In this document: positions 1-14,399 of the stretch, one piece after another
Layout: each line of letters begins with the position of its first letter
How positions within the stretch are numbered: position 1 is the stretch's first letter
DNA from: Lama glama
Taxonomy: Eukaryota
Assembly: GCA_028534125.1 (NCBI GenBank)
Contig: CM052817.1
Span: 59,150,001-59,214,000 of the forward strand
DNA: 64,000 bases
Reading direction: 5' to 3'
Notes under the pieces: model-generated
The model's database searches: none
Told to the model about the DNA's origin: nothing
The model's input: the letters and a program-made list of their open reading frames with translations, nothing else
Made by a program: the position numbers and the translations under genes

Positions 1-436
1 GGGTAAAATGCTATCAAATAGCATTGCATACTACAGAGAAATTGTTCATGGAAGGAAGAGTCAATCAATATAGGAAACTGTACTGTTGTCTTATTTAAAG
101 AAACTACCACAGCCACCCCAGCCATCAGCAACCACCACCCTGATCAGTCGGCAGTTATCAACAAGGAAAAAACCTCCACCAGCAAAAAGATCATGTCTTG
201 CTGAAAGCTCAGATGATGGTCAGTATTTTTTAGCAATAAAGTATTTTTCATTAAGATATGCACATTTTTAGACATAATGCTACTGCACACTTTAGACTAC
301 ATTATATTATGAACATAACATTTATATGCCCTGGGAAACCAAAACATTTGTGTGATTCACTTTATTGCAATACTTCCTTTATTTTGGTGGTCTGGAACTG
401 AACCTTTCTATGAGCAGTATCTTTGAGATATACCTG
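1..436 (+). mobile_element. Tigger1-type (Tc1/mariner-pogo) DNA transposon, right end; begins before the window
   Basis: Recognised as the Tigger1 transposase C-terminus and 3' region (ORF 86-271 YLKKLPQPPQPSATTTLISRQ...). It ends in a TIR-like ...tatctttgagatatacctg followed by TA (437-438). Confidence 0.85.
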
Positions 437-1289
437 TACCATTATGTTCAGTTGAATTTATTATATTCAGAAGAATTGACTAGGTTAAAAATAGCTGTTC
501 TTAAAGGGGCTGAATGAATGGTATTTGTGTTGGTATATTAATTGGTATAGCCACTGTTTAATAAGGTAGAAAACATAATAGTCTTAAAGCAAATGTTCAA
601 ATTATGTTCTTTAATGAGAGAAATTCTACCTTTGTAAATGACATTTGTATGTGTGAGAAATGAGCAAGAAGTATATAGTTAGATGACCTTCAGAGATGGT
701 CCAAACAAAATAATTTTCAGTCTTAATTTTAGGCCTAGAATCATTGAAAGAGAGAAAGTACATGTTCTCAACTTTTCAAATGATATTTTTTAAAGTGCTT
801 CTTAGTTAGATTGCATGCATCAGTTTTCCACATTTTCAAACGTTATTGATAAATTTTAGCCTGTTCTGAAACAGTTAAGAATTAAACATTTTCTTTAAGA
901 AAAAATAAAATAAACAAACCTACAACAACAATAACAACAATAATAAAGCCCTTTACCACTGGGAGAGATCTGGAGGCCTTTCCTGTTTTTCAGGGTTAGG
1001 AAAAACAACAGATGCTGTCAAAATTTCAAGACATGGGGCTTGGAGGGTACACCTGCTACAAACAGCACAACTGCTCATCCTTCCATTCCATTCCCCACCT
1101 TCCCCTACAGCACACACTTCTCTACTCAATCATGCATTTTATTGAAATATATATATATATATATGTATCTCAGTGCCATCTGAATTGTGAATTCCATCTT
1201 GGATTCGCCTGCTGTAGAGATGAGTTAAAAAGTTAACAAGTGTACTTATTCTGGTTCCAAACAATAGCAACGTAAACCAGGAAGGCTGA

Positions 1290-1690
1290 TGAGCATGTAT
1301 CCTATTTCAAACTCTCCAGAAAATCAGTCTCTAAATTCTCTGTGGAGTCCATTCAGTGCTTAAACAGCCTTTACTGTCATGATAGTCTTTCTTATTTCTA
1401 GAATCTTCATAGTGGATCGTAAGCTCATTTTCTCTTGTTCTATCAGCACAGCTGAAAGACCATTTTCTAACAGTTTTCAGTTTAGTTTATATTCATAGAA
1501 TTGAATTTTTCACTTCTACCTTTTCCAGAGTGCAATTGTTCCAGTTTTTTCTATTTGATATTTTCAACTCTTTATCACTAGTTGAAACTCTATCTTGTTC
1601 ATATTTTTATTTGTTTGGATGACATCCAGAATTCTGAGTTTGGGTGCTGAGCTTTTTCTTATTTATTAAGTGAGTTCTTTAATTTGTGTT
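1290..1690 (-). mobile_element. CR1/L3 LINE fragment (ancient)
   Basis: ccattcagtgcttaaacagcctttactgtcatgatagtctttcttatttctag...aagctcattttctcttgttct resembles the reverse complement of the L3/CR1 3' region. Boundaries approximate. Confidence 0.5.
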
Positions 1691-2462
1691 CCATAATAAT
1701 TTGTTTCCAGATTGCTATCCAAACCAAGATTTTTCTGAAATATTTTAATATTAATCTTTTTCCTCTGTGTAGAAGTTTTTTCTCTTAAGTACTTTATATT
1801 TGTGTCCCTTACCTGTTTCAATATACTAAAATAATTCTTTTCTAATATTATAGTTATTTTCTCATATGTACTCTTATCTTAAAAGAGGTCTTTTAAATGT
1901 TGGTCTGTGACTGGATTGGTAAAAAAATTTATCTCAAACATCCTATATATGGGAAGGATCAGTGAATATTTGCTGAATTTGGTCATCCATGACATTGTTA
2001 GTAATTTTCTGAATTAACACATAAAGATTGTAAAGATGTATGAGACTCATCACGAAATTGTGACAGAATTGCATAATAGTGTCTGCTATCTACTCCCTTT
2101 TTTTCTCAGATAAGTATTTACTGCATTTGTGAATCAGCCTCAAGACTTGTTCTTTCTGCTGTCTGTCATCTACCTTCTCTCTACTTGCTACATTTTCCCC
2201 ACTTTACTAAATTATTCATTCTATCATTAGAAATTAGGTTAGCACATAGCTTATTAAATCATTTTGGCTGTTACTTAAAATCCTGACCATCTAAAGCTAT
2301 GCACAACTTAATGCTGTAAGAACTTTATCTTGGTGTGATTAGATATAAGAAAACTACTAATAGCTCATATTTTATATCTATGTTTTGGAACATAAGAGTT
2401 GTCTTTTTTTTAATGAGAACTCACAAATTTCTAGGTTTTGTTTAATAATTTTTGAAATTAAG

Positions 2463-5300
2463 AAACTTTATTTTTTAGAGCAGGTTTATATGTTCACAGC
2501 AAAGTTGTTTGGGAAGTGCAGAGAATTCTCATATACCCCCATCCCCATACATGTACAACCTCCCCCACTATAAATATCTGCACCACAGTGGTCCATTTGT
2601 TATAATCAATTAAATTATACTGATGTATCATTATCACCCCAAACCATTCATTTATTGTAGGGTTCACTCTTGGTATTGTACATTCCAGGGGTTTTGACAA
2701 ATGTATAATAACAGCTATCCATTGTAATATCATACAGAATAGTTTCACTGTCCTAAAAGTCCTCTGAACTCTGCCTATTTATATCCCCACCCCCCGTAAC
2801 CCTTTGTTAACCACTCGTCCTTTTGTTGTTTCCATAGATTTGTCCTGAATGTCATATAGCTGGAATCATACAGTACATAGACTTTTCAGATTGGCTTCTT
2901 TCACTTAGTAATATGCATTTAAATTTCCTCCATGTATTTTTATGGCTGCAAAGCTCATTTCTTTTCTGCATTGAATAATATTCCATTGTCTGGATGTACC
3001 ACAGTTTATCCGTTCATTTACTGATGGACATCTTGGTTGCTTCTAGGTTCTGGCAATCATGAAAAAAGCTGTTATAAACACCCATGTGCAGGTTTTTATA
3101 TTGACATTAGTTTTCAGTTCATTTGGGTAAGTACCAAGGAGCATAGTTGCTGGATTGTTTGGAAAGAGTATGTTCAGCTTTTAAAGAAATCACAAAAATA
3201 ACTTCCAAAGTGGCTGTACCATTTTGCATTCTCACCAGCAACGAATTAAGAGTTCCTGTTGCTCCACATCCTTGCTGGCATTTGGTATATGAGTGTTTAC
3301 AATTTTTGCTATTCTAATAGATATATAATAGAATATTCTAGTATTCTAGTAGTAGTGGCATCCCATTTTTGTTTTAACCTGCAACTTCCTCATGGCATAT
3401 GATACCATCTTTTTATAAGTTTACTTGCTATTTGTGTATCTTCTTTGGTGAGGTATCTGTTAAGTCTTTGGCCCATTTTTTAGTAGGGTTGTTTATTTTC
3501 TTATGGTTGAGATTTAAGAAGTTTTTGTATATTTTGGTAACAGTCCTTTATCAGATGTGTCTTTTGCAAATATATTTTCCCAGTCTGTGGCTTGCCATCT
3601 TACTCACTTGACATTGACTTTTATAGACGTTTTTAATTTTAATGAAGTCCAGCTTATCAATTGTTTCTGTCATAGACTGTGCTGCTGGTATTTGCAAAGT
3701 CATTGCCATATCCAAGGTCATATCGGTATTGTCCTACGTTACATTCTAGGAGGGTTTAGAGTTTTGCATTTTACATTTAGAGCTCTGATTCATTTTCAGT
3801 TAAGTATTGTGAAGAGTGGAAGGACTTGTTGCATGTTGATGTCCAATTGTTCCAGCACCGTTTGTTGAAAAGGCTATTTTTGCTCCATTGAAGTATCTTG
3901 CCTCCCTTGTGAAAGATCAGTTGACTGTATTTATTGGGATCTATTTCTGAACTCTATTGTGTTGCTTTGTCTATTCTTTTGCCAATACCACACTATGTTG
4001 ATTCATGTAGCTTTATAGTAAGTCTTAAATTTGAGTGGTGTCGTTCTTCTGGCTTTGTTCTTTGCCTTCAATATTGGCTATTCTGGGTCTTTTGCTTCTT
4101 TATATAGACAAACTTAAGAATCAGTTTGTTGATATACATAAAATAACCAGCTGGGATTTTGACTGAAATCTATAAAGTTGTGAAGACACCTTGACACTAC
4201 TTGAGTCTTCCTATCCATAGACATGGAATATCTCTATTTGTTTAGTTTTTCTTTAATATTTTTTCAAAGGTTTTTTTGTTTGTTTTCCTCTTAAAGATTT
4301 TGGACCTTTTTTTTTTAGATTTGTACCTAACAATTTGGGGTGGGGGTAAATTATGTAATTGATAATATTTTTAATTTCAAATTCCAGTTGTTCATTTCTG
4401 ATCTATAGAAAAGCAATTGACTTTTGTATCTTGTATCTTGCTAATCACTTGTTAGCTCCACTTTTTGTCATTTATTTTAGATTTTCTATATATATATCAT
4501 GTCATCTGAGAGCAAAAAGTTTTATTTCTTACTTTCCAATCTATATTCCCCCCCCCCACCTATTTCATGTCTTACTGCACTAGCTAGAATTTCAGGTATG
4601 ATGTTGAAAAGCAGTGATGAGAAGTCACATCCTTATCTGTTTCCTGATCTTAGTGAGAAAGTATCAAGTTTCTTACTATCAAGTATGATGGTAACTGTAG
4701 TTTTCTTAAATCACTAAAAAAAAATCAATTTGAGGATGCTCCCCTTTTCCTAGTATGCTTAGTTTTTATCATGAATGGGTGTTGGCATTTATCAAGTGTT
4801 TTTTCAGTATCTATTGATATGTTCAAGAGATTTTTCTTCTTTAGCCTGTTGATATGATAGATTACATAAATTTTCAAACCACCCTGCATACACCTGGGAT
4901 AAGTCCCATATAAATCTTTTTATATTTTGTTGGAATTTGTGAAGAATTTTAGCATATATATTACTGATGAGAGATATTGTGTATAATTTTTTTCTAAAAC
5001 ATCTTAATCTGTTTTTGATATCAGTGTGCTGCTGGCCTCACAGAATGAGTTAGGAAGTATTTCTTCTGCTTTTATCCTCTGAAAAATATTGTAGATTATT
5101 GGTATAATTTCTTCTTTAAATGTTTAGTAGAATTCATCAGTGGATTTATCTGGGTCTGGTGCTCTCTTTTTTTTTAGAAAATTATTAATTCTTGATTCAA
5201 TTTCTATAATCAATATTGGCCTATTCAGATTGTCTGTTTCTTCTTGTGTAAGTTTTGGTAGGCTATGTCTTTCAAGGAATTAGTTCATTTCATCAAGGTT
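2463..5300 (-). mobile_element. Old LINE-1 (L1MC-like) 3' UTR plus distal ORF2, 5'-truncated, antisense to CCSER1
   Basis: Starts with ttttagagcaggtttatatgttcacagcaaag (reverse of an L1MC 3' end) and continues through typical T-rich antisense ORF2 (ccaaagtggctgtaccattttgcattctcaccagca; ttccagcaccgtttgttgaaaagg). The same 3' end occurs on + at 43935-44420. Confidence 0.9.
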
Positions 5301-5304
5301 GAAT

Positions 5305-5730
5305 TATTTAATTCAACAAATATTGTCAAATATATAAAATTTACCAGTTACCATTCTAAGCCATGGGGACACAGAAAACAAGAAAGACACTGCCCCTGTA
5401 TTGAAGGAGCTTACATTCTGGTGGGTAGAAATAGATCATAACTAATCAAGTAATTAGGACATTTATATAGAGTGATTATTGGGGGTAATAGAATGATAAG
5501 GTAGGTGGTTTTTATTTCCTTTTATGTAGAGTTCAGAGATGAACTCTTAAGGAAGTGCGTTTATACTGAGACCCACAAGACAAAAAGGAACTAGTTTTTC
5601 AAACTGGAAGATCTGTGAGTGAAGTAGTCAAGACAGTGTAAACACCAAGTTAAAGGCTTGCTATGGAATCAGCTTGGCACATCTAAACAAAACAAAGAAG
5701 GTCATATGTGTGGAGTGTACTGCAGGAGTG
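5305..5730 (-). mobile_element. L2 LINE 3' fragment
   Basis: attcaacaaatatt...ctgcccctgtattgaaggagcttacattctggtggg is the characteristic reverse L2 3' end. Confidence 0.7.
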
Positions 5731-7384
5731 TTTTGACATCTGTGACATGAATATGAAATCGCTGATAATGAATTTCTAGTTTCCCATGAGGCTCAATCAT
5801 TTCTAGAAGCTTTAAGAAAAATATTTTCTAAATATATATTCAGGTCATTCAGACATCCTAGAGTAAACACCATATAATTATTCCTTAAATAATAAGTACA
5901 ATAAAAGTTACCTATAAAATATATAATTTTTAAAACCAGATTCAAATTACTTCATTTCAGTATATAAAATTAATGTTATCTTTTATATTATGTTATTAAT
6001 TCAGCACTATAGAGCAGGTACTATAGTCAGAATTTTCCATGGTTTATCTTATCAACTCCATAATACTGACAGAAAAATGGAGTCAATGAAATTAAAATAA
6101 TTGGTCAAAGGCCACATCATGGAAAAAGGTAAACATAGAATTCTTACGTTAAGCAGCTTGCTTTTTTAGATCCTTAATTTTTAACTTCAAAGCTCTTGCC
6201 CCTCCAATATGATAAAAAAAAAATCAAGGTAAGATAAGTGATTTCATTGTCAGAATTTGAAAATTCTTTATTTTGTGACATTTAACCTAATACTAAGATA
6301 TTAAACATGATTGTGTATTTTCACTGATGCTATATATTATAAATTATATTTTGGTGTATGTGGGTTGATAAATTAATTTTATTATAAATAGGAACCAATC
6401 TGCACATTTTTCTCAATTCTTCTGTTATAGATTTGCTAATGGAAATCAATATATTTATTTGACATGTATTTTATAGCTAGCTTTTCTATTATCTATCTAT
6501 TCCATTAAATTTACGCTTCTCAGACTGAAACACTCTTTGTTCTGAGATATTGATGATATTCTTTATGCCGCCTTTGAAGTTACTTCAGGATGACTCATTT
6601 TATATATATCACATTTTCTTCAAAATTTGTAATTTATATTTACAATAAATTATATTATTGGATAAAATGCAAGTTATAAAAGGGTTTTAAAATAAGACAT
6701 TTCAAGGAAATTTTATTTGTGTTATAGGCGGTTTCTGGTTGTTCCAACTCTACCTGAAAGTTTCACTCTTTTCTATCATTAAGTTTATTTAGAAGAATTT
6801 GAGAACTACTGCTTTTAGAAGTTAATTTAATCTATGATTTACATTACTGAAGTTTTACAAACTATTAAAAGATGAAGTGCTGAAGCTCAAAAATATTAAC
6901 ATTATTAACCAGCCACAGTTAAGTTAGTGTATAGTATGTCTTCTCTCATTGTAATTTGGATGAATTGAACAGAGTAATCTAGGACTAGTATTTACATACC
7001 ATATTTAGGATATATGTAAATAATTTATCAATAAAATATTCAGACTAGCTGTATTAAAGTCTCATTTACTAGCTAGAGAACAATGCAGTGGGCAATATAA
7101 TTCAGCTGTAAAACACTTACATTAATGGTATGTTTTTTTAAAGGAAATGACCTTAATTAATTCTCAGAAACAGAAACAAAACTAACCAAAGGAAAGCTAT
7201 CTGGGATAAGAACAAACTTTAGAAATCCTGTCTCCAATAAGGTTTTGTCCTACCTTATTTTTATAATTTGTGTTGTCAGCCTGCCTTAATTTGATTTACC
7301 TTTGTATTTTCATATTTTGCATAGCACAGTAAAATAGCATCTTGTACTCATAGAGCATGTTTCACCAGAAAGGTCAATGGACTT

Positions 7385-7530
7385 TTCAAACTCATTAATT
7401 CTTACAGCATCCCTAGGGGTGTGTAATATATTATACAGGTGAAGAAATTTAAAGCTGAGATTTATGAACAATACTGCCCTGTCACGTTGAAATGAAATGA
7501 TCAAACCTCAATGAGCCCACTGTAAGTACA
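7385..7530 (-). mobile_element. MIR SINE fragment
   Basis: ctcattaattcttacagcatccct...ttatacaggtgaagaaatttaaagctgaga is a decayed reverse MIR core. Confidence 0.5.
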
Positions 7531-8849
7531 AAAATATTTAACTAATGTGAATATTATTTGGGGAGTGGGAGAGAATTCAAATAAATATCTTCAATTAAAT
7601 AATGTTGGGAAAAGGAAAAGGTAAATAAATAAACAATTAAGTGTGCTTCTGCACATAGCAAACAATTCATTAAGGAAAACAGTATTTGCCGTCATTTTAA
7701 CTTAATGTTTTGGGAAAAAATAAAAACCAGTTACTGCTAATTCTTATTTTGATCTAATTTGGGATACTCATTGAGGGTTAAACATGTAGCTTTTAATTAC
7801 TTTTACTTAATATTGCATATTATCCAAATTATCTGTAAACTTTCTATTAAAGAATATCATCTATTCAAAAGTAATGAATCTACCCTTTTACAAGGAAGTG
7901 GATTATCAGTGAACTTACAAAGCACAGTGAAAATTCTGGTCCAAGCAGTCATAGGCAATTAGAGCTATACTAGAATAATTTTTTATTAAAAGCAAAAGAA
8001 ACGTGTATTCAAAAATACCTAGAGTGATTACACATTAATAATTAGTTGATGAAATATGCTATATCAAAAGAAATTCTGACTTCATGATCTTAGGAGAGTT
8101 ATAGAATCTACCACCTTTCCTAATTTAAATGAGAATACTGTCTAAATATTGTATCAACCTTCATTTACTTTTAAAAGAAAAAATGCACAGACAGTAGGCA
8201 TAAATAATTTAGATAATTGGTGTAAATTCATATTAAAAGGTACTTTGTGGAAAACTCTTGGTTTCTTTTGATATAAGAATTGTATAAAGTGATTAAAATG
8301 TCCTTTTCTCATGAATATGTCAAAACAGCAAAACCACAGGCATTTTAAGAAAGCCATTCCTGAATCTTATTATTAGATTATACTGAGTCTTCTTACAAAT
8401 ATGTTCAACATTTTTATAAATAGTATCCTCTATTTCTACTGGCTATATTAAATGGCAGGAAAAATAACTATTTTTTTTCTATGACAGTTGCCTAAAATTT
8501 TTAGAATTAAGTATTAGGGAGAAGAAATTACGCTCAGAAATCTCTTCTTCCCTCCAATGAATAAGCTGCAGAATGTATAGGGGGTAAAACATTGAGGATA
8601 TTGTTCAAGGTTACATCAGACTCCCTAAGTGCTGGGGCTGTCTTCAGGGGTGCTCAGTTTCCCCTAAGTACAAGCCTTTATCTACTTCTGTCAAATAGCA
8701 GGGGTTTAGCATTTTATCTCACAGCTGTGTGGATTGAACACTTTGAGCCTTGTCACTTGAACTTGTAAGGCAGTCCACCAGTGTTCTTACTAAAATGTTT
8801 TAGCAACATTGCATTTATTCTCTATGTATTTTTTAAATATATTTTTTAA

Positions 8850-9260
8850 ATTCATCAAAAATTTACTGAATATCTTCTGTGCATCAGGTACCATGCTAAA
8901 CTGGAAGTTCAAGTAAACTAGACACTGCCCCTACTTTAAAAGAACTCATTATCTTCCTATCAGGAAGAAAGCTATATAAAGAAATGGCAGTATTTATTAC
9001 TGTAATAAATACTATAATAGCAATTAGTACAAACTGATATTGGAGTAGAAAGAATGGGATTAATTTTGCTTGGAGACACTAGAGAAATTCAGTGATGAGG
9101 AAATATTTGAGCTATGTCTTAAAGCATAGATGAGTTCCTAATGTAGTAAAAGAAGGTAAGCATTTCTTGGAGAAAATATGGTTTTTTCAGAAGCCTAAAG
9201 GAGTGAAAGTGAGTAACATGTTCAGGAATTTGCAAGTAATACAGTGAAAAAGTTTTGTAA
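8850..9260 (-). mobile_element. L2 LINE 3' fragment
   Basis: ttcatcaaaaatttactgaatatcttctgtgcatcaggtaccatgctaa...atttgagctatgtcttaaag, reverse L2 pattern. Confidence 0.7.
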
Positions 9261-9467
9261 AGATTAAATAAGGTTGAAACCCATCATTGGCAGTTTTTAC
9301 ATGGCTACTTTCAGGGAAGAAGTCTTCAAAGTATTTTGATTTCATTATTTTACCATATAAGATGTTTTTTTTGCAAATATAAACATTTATACATTTATTT
9401 ACATGAACTCCTGATTTGATATACTGTAGTCATGGTAAAACACACAAAAATTGAAATTAATAGGATA

Positions 9468-10637
9468 ATGAAGCTGGCAGCATAACCTTCCCATACTTCA
9501 GACAAAATTACAAAGCTACAGTAACAAAACAATGATATTTGCACAAATACAGACATATGAACAGAATAGAGAGCCCAGAAATAAACCTACATAGCTACAA
9601 TCAGTTAATATTCAACAAAGGAAGCAAGAATATACAATGGAAACAAGACATCCTCTTTGGCAAGTGGTGTTGGGAAAGCTGGATGGCCGCATGCAAATCA
9701 AAGAAGTTAGAACATTCCCTCACACAAAATTAAACTCAAATATAAGACAAGACACTATATATCTCCTAGAAGAAAACATAGGCAAAAATTCTGACATAAA
9801 TCATAAAAATGTTCTCCCAAATCAGTCTATCAAGCCAATAGAAATAAAAGCTAAAGTAAACAAATGGGGCTATTGAAACTTATGTGTTTGCCCAGCAAAG
9901 GACACCATAAACAAGACAAGAAGACAGCCTACAGAATAAGAGAAAATATTTGCAAACAATGCAACTGACAACAGCCTAATTTCCAGAATATATACATACA
10001 TACATATGTGTACATAAATAGTTCATACAACTCAATAACAAAAAAACAACCTAATCCATAAATGAGCAGAAGACCTAAATAGACATTTCTCCAATGAAGA
10101 CCTACAGATGGCCAAGCAGCCCATGAAAAGATGCTCAGTATTGCTAATTAACAGAAATGCAAATCAAAAATACAATGAGATGTCACTTCACACTGGTCAG
10201 GATGGCCATCATTAAAAAGTCCATAAACAATGGATACTAGAGAGAGTGCTGAGAAAAGGGAACCCACCTACACTGTTGCTGAGACTGTAGTTTGGTGCAG
10301 CCACTATGGAAAACAGTATGGAGAGGCCTCAAAAAACTAAAAATAGACTTACCATATGATCCAGCAATTCCACTCCTGGGCATATATCTGGAGGAAACTC
10401 TAATTTGAAAAGATGTATGCACCCCAATGTTCATAGCAGCATTAATTACAATAGCCAAGACATGGAAGCAACCTAAATGTCCATCAACAAATGACTGGAT
10501 AAAGAAGATGTGGTATATATATAATGGAATATTACTCGGCCATAAAAGAGAATGAAATAATGTCATTGGCAGCAACATGAATGGACCTAGAGATTATCAT
10601 ACTAAGTGAAGTAATCAGACAGAAAAAGACAAATAGA
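9468..10637 (+). mobile_element. Cetartiodactyl/camelid-type LINE-1, distal ORF2 and partial 3' UTR
   Basis: ORF fragment [27 protein letters not shown]...GKWCWESW is the L1 ORF2 C-terminal region. Closely similar to 36030-37230 in this window. Frameshifted. Confidence 0.92.
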
Positions 10638-10644
10638 CAAACAA

Positions 10645-11200
10645 ATGAAAACCCCCAGTTCTCAGCTAACTCCTGGGGAGGAAAAGAGTAAATCCCTACA
10701 TCCAACCTCTCTGTGGCTGCCCAAAAAACTAGCATCTTACCAGTATTGAAGCTCTGATTAGTTGGGACCACTCCAGTCCCATGAGGGAAAACAGAGACAG
10801 CAGTTTGGGCTGGGTAGATGCCTAAGATCCTCCCTCCTGGCTCAGCACTGAGTAAGGAGACAAAACCCACAGCTTTCTGTTTCTTCCTGAAAAGAGAAAG
10901 AGTTGGTAGGCACCTCCAGAATCTTTAGCAGAGCTGATTGGTGGAGATCTTCCAATCAGTTTGTGAAGATTGGGAGACATGCCTGTCTTGTCTAAGCACA
11001 GACTTTAAGGTACGGAGTTAAGGAAAATAATTAGACGAAGATGTTCCAAGCAAAGGAACTTAATAAATAAATAAATCTTCATAAACTGACCCTTTTGAAA
11101 TAGAGTTATGTGACTTACCTGGTAGAAAATCAAAATAACTATCAAAGATGTGTATCTAAGTCATGAGACCAGTGCGTGAACAAAGTGATAATTTCAATAA
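10645..11200 (+). mobile_element. Older LINE-1 5' UTR fragment and start of ORF1
   Basis: GC-richer 5'-UTR-like sequence followed by aaactgacccttttgaaatagagttatgtgacttacctggtagaaaatcaaaata, which parallels the ORF1 starts at ~22550 and ~57730. Confidence 0.65.
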
Positions 11201-11214
11201 AGTGAGAGGTTACA

Positions 11215-12325
11215 CAAATAGTCTCTGACAAATGGTATTTGGGAAAACTGGGTATCCACATGCAAAAGTATATAATTGGACCATTATCTTACACAAAAAT
11301 CAATTCAAAATGGATTAATGACTTAAATGTAAGAGCTGAAACTATAAAATTCCTAGAAGAAAACATAGAGTAGAGCTCATACTGATTTTGAGTGATCTTG
11401 GATGTGACCCCAAAAGCATAGGCCAACAATCAAAAATAAACAAGTGGGAGTACCTCAAGCCAAAAAGCTTCTATACAGCAAAGGAAATAATCAACAGTGA
11501 AAAGAAAACCTATGGAATGGGAAAAAATTATTTGCAAACCGTAGATCTGATAAGAGGTTAATCTCTGAAATATGTAAGGAATTTCTATAACTCAGGAGCA
11601 AAAAATGAATAACCCAACTTAAAAAAAATGAGCTAAAGACTTGAATAGCCATTTCTCCAAAGAAGACATACAAATGGCAAATGGGTATATGAAAACATGC
11701 TCACTGTAACCAACTATCTGGGAAATGCAAATTGAAACCACAATGAGATATCACTTCTAACCTGTTGGGATGGCTATTATCAAAAAAGCAAGACAACATG
11801 TATTGGTGAGGGCCTGAAAATTTTTGAATCCTTGTACACTATTGGTAGGAATGCAAAATGATGTAGCCACTATGGAAAACAGTATGAAGCTATTAAAAAA
11901 ATAGAACTACATATGATCCAACAATCCCATTTCTAGATATTTGTCCAAAAGAATTAAAATCAAGATCTTAAAGAGATATTAGCATTCCCACATTCTTCTT
12001 AGTAGCCAAGATGTAGAAACCTAAATGCCTATACGGGTGAGTGGATAAGGAAAATGCAATATATACATACAATGAAATACTAGTCATCCTTAACGAAGGG
12101 AATCCTGCTGTATGTGACAATGTGAATGAACCTTGAAGACAGTATTCTACGTGAAATAAACCTATCACAGTAAGACACAGTAAGATGATTCCACTTAAAT
12201 GAGGTAACTTTAATAGGTAAATACGCAGCATCAAAGAGTTAAATGGTGATTGCCAAGGGTTGGGAAGGTGGAAAATGTGGAGTCACCAATCAACAGGCAT
12301 GAAGTTTCAGTTAAGCAAAATAACT
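11215..12325 (+). mobile_element. Older LINE-1 (L1MA-like) distal ORF2 and 3' UTR
   Basis: acaaatggtatttgggaaaactggg...ctccaaagaagacatacaaatggc...caatcaacaggcatgaagtttcagttaagc, an L1MA8/9-like 3' UTR by recognition. Confidence 0.88.
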
Positions 12326-13929
12326 TCTAATTATTTGACTGATTTCTTACCTTGGATGAGATTATCACTTTATTTACCTCATCATGTGGCTATCAGATAG
12401 TTCACTGTAGCAGCATAGGTATCAGCTCCACAGTGCTTCTAGGATACAGGGATATGTGCAAGTTTATGTCTGTTCAGTTAAGTATGTGTCATGTTATCTC
12501 GTATTAATTGAACTAACAGAATTTGGACATGTGCCCTTCTCAACCTTTCTGTGCCTCTCACTATTTGCTGGAGACACTTAAAGCATGTAGCAAAATGAGT
12601 GTTACGTAAAGAGATTAAAGTAAGGATTTGGGGCACCAATCTTCATTTCCTTCTCATATTATAAAAATAATTTAAAATTCTAACATTTTCTTTCTTTCCA
12701 TACTGGCTCACCTTGAGGACCCTCCAGGGTACCCCAAAGAAAAAAGCCTGTGTAATTGGCTTCATACTGTCAGCTGTTCTGTGATTCTTTTGGCTATCGA
12801 GTGAAACAAGGTCTCGTATTCTGCAAGGTTCCTCTCTTAAAATGTGGGAAATGGTTTTCCCCTCAGGAATATTTTTAACCTTCTTAGCACTGGGCTTAAT
12901 ACTTGAGTTTACTAAAATGGATTTGTTAATCCATCTGTTCCTTTTGTTTGAATTCAGGGGATTAGACATTACAACTCTAGATTCCTTTTTATTTATGAAT
13001 TTATATTTCCCAAAGAACATATGAAAATCGAAGTCCAGTTATTGCCAAGGGAGAATCTAGTTGCTTTGGAAAATTTTGCAAATAAATTATTAAAACAATG
13101 CTGAGTAATACATGTTTTAACCAATTCTAAAAATAATAATATCATGCAATCATTCTCATTCATGTTATTTTATGAACTATTATTGCATCTTAGACCTTTA
13201 ATACAATTTAACTATTAGAAATATTAAAATATGACAGTTTAAAAATGTATATAGACCTAAATGAAAATGTCTCATTCTATCACTCTGTGTTTTGACCAGT
13301 GGGTATCATGAGCAAAAATATAGGAAGAAGGAAAGACTGAATATGTAAAACATCAAAATATAACGAATCAAATATTGACAATATTATTCTTGGCAGCAAA
13401 AATTTTTACTACCTGTAGAAAATCGATTGACAGAAGAGTAGGTGAATTGTTGGAGGGATGAATATGTAAGTAAATGTTCACAATCCTAGATGCATATACT
13501 CTAGGCACTCAAATTAAAAAGAAATGTTTCATTAAAAAAAAAAGTCCCATTTTCCTCACTGGTACCAAAGCAGAATCAGTTACATAACTTATAAATTCAC
13601 ACCAGAAATTGACACATTATAAACTGACTATATGACAATAAAAACAAAAAGTTCAGTTGTTCTCATTTAATTTCTAGCTCTTCCTCGGTTTAGAACAATA
13701 TTTTTTGTTCTTTGTACACTATTTTTGGAGGCAGTTAAACAGAAACATTTGAACAATATTACCCAATATAGATGATTTGTCCTTTGAAACTTAGTGGCCT
13801 GGCATTGATACTGGGTTTGAAACACAGCAAGTGATTGACAACTATATGTTAGAAACATATCTTAATATCACTATTCTTTGAAAACAAAAACCAAATACTA
13901 CTCCCAACTGAAAGAACATTTGTCCATTT

Positions 13930-14062
13930 TTATCTGGATGGCTAGATCAAAAGCTTCATAAGGTCAAGTAGCAGGTCATTTTTGCTCCTTGCCACATGTT
14001 TAATGCCCGACACGGTGCCTGGCAAAAAGTGGCCATTGGTGTAAATTTATTAAATGAAGAAA
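13930..14062 (+). mobile_element. L2 3' terminal fragment
   Basis: agcttcataaggtcaag...cacggtgcctggca...aaatttattaaatgaagaaatg matches the L2 terminus. Confidence 0.6.
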
Positions 14063-14399
14063 TGCCTAAGCCCCAAAAGTAAATGAAGTAAAGGATTCCA
14101 CTACTCACATTTAGCCCACTTTTCCTGTGGACTGAGCACGTCTGTAAACCAGTCCAGTCCTTTTATTCACGTATTCATTATTTCAGGTTACTTCACATGA
14201 TACCTTACAGAGGTAGCAACATATTAATTGTTAGAAGTAAAGAAAAAAATAACATCTTCTAATTTAGATATTACAGACATAGTGCTAGTACTCATGAATT
14301 TTCAGGGACTTTTACAAATAGTTTATATATGAAAACTACTTATTTCAAATATGAAAATAAAACTATATACATATATAACTTACAGTTTAAATATATGTA

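Noticed and set aside
12643..13024. 125-aa minus-strand and 60-aa plus-strand ORFs as exons
   Set aside because: No recognisable homology or convincing splice context; lengths are compatible with chance.
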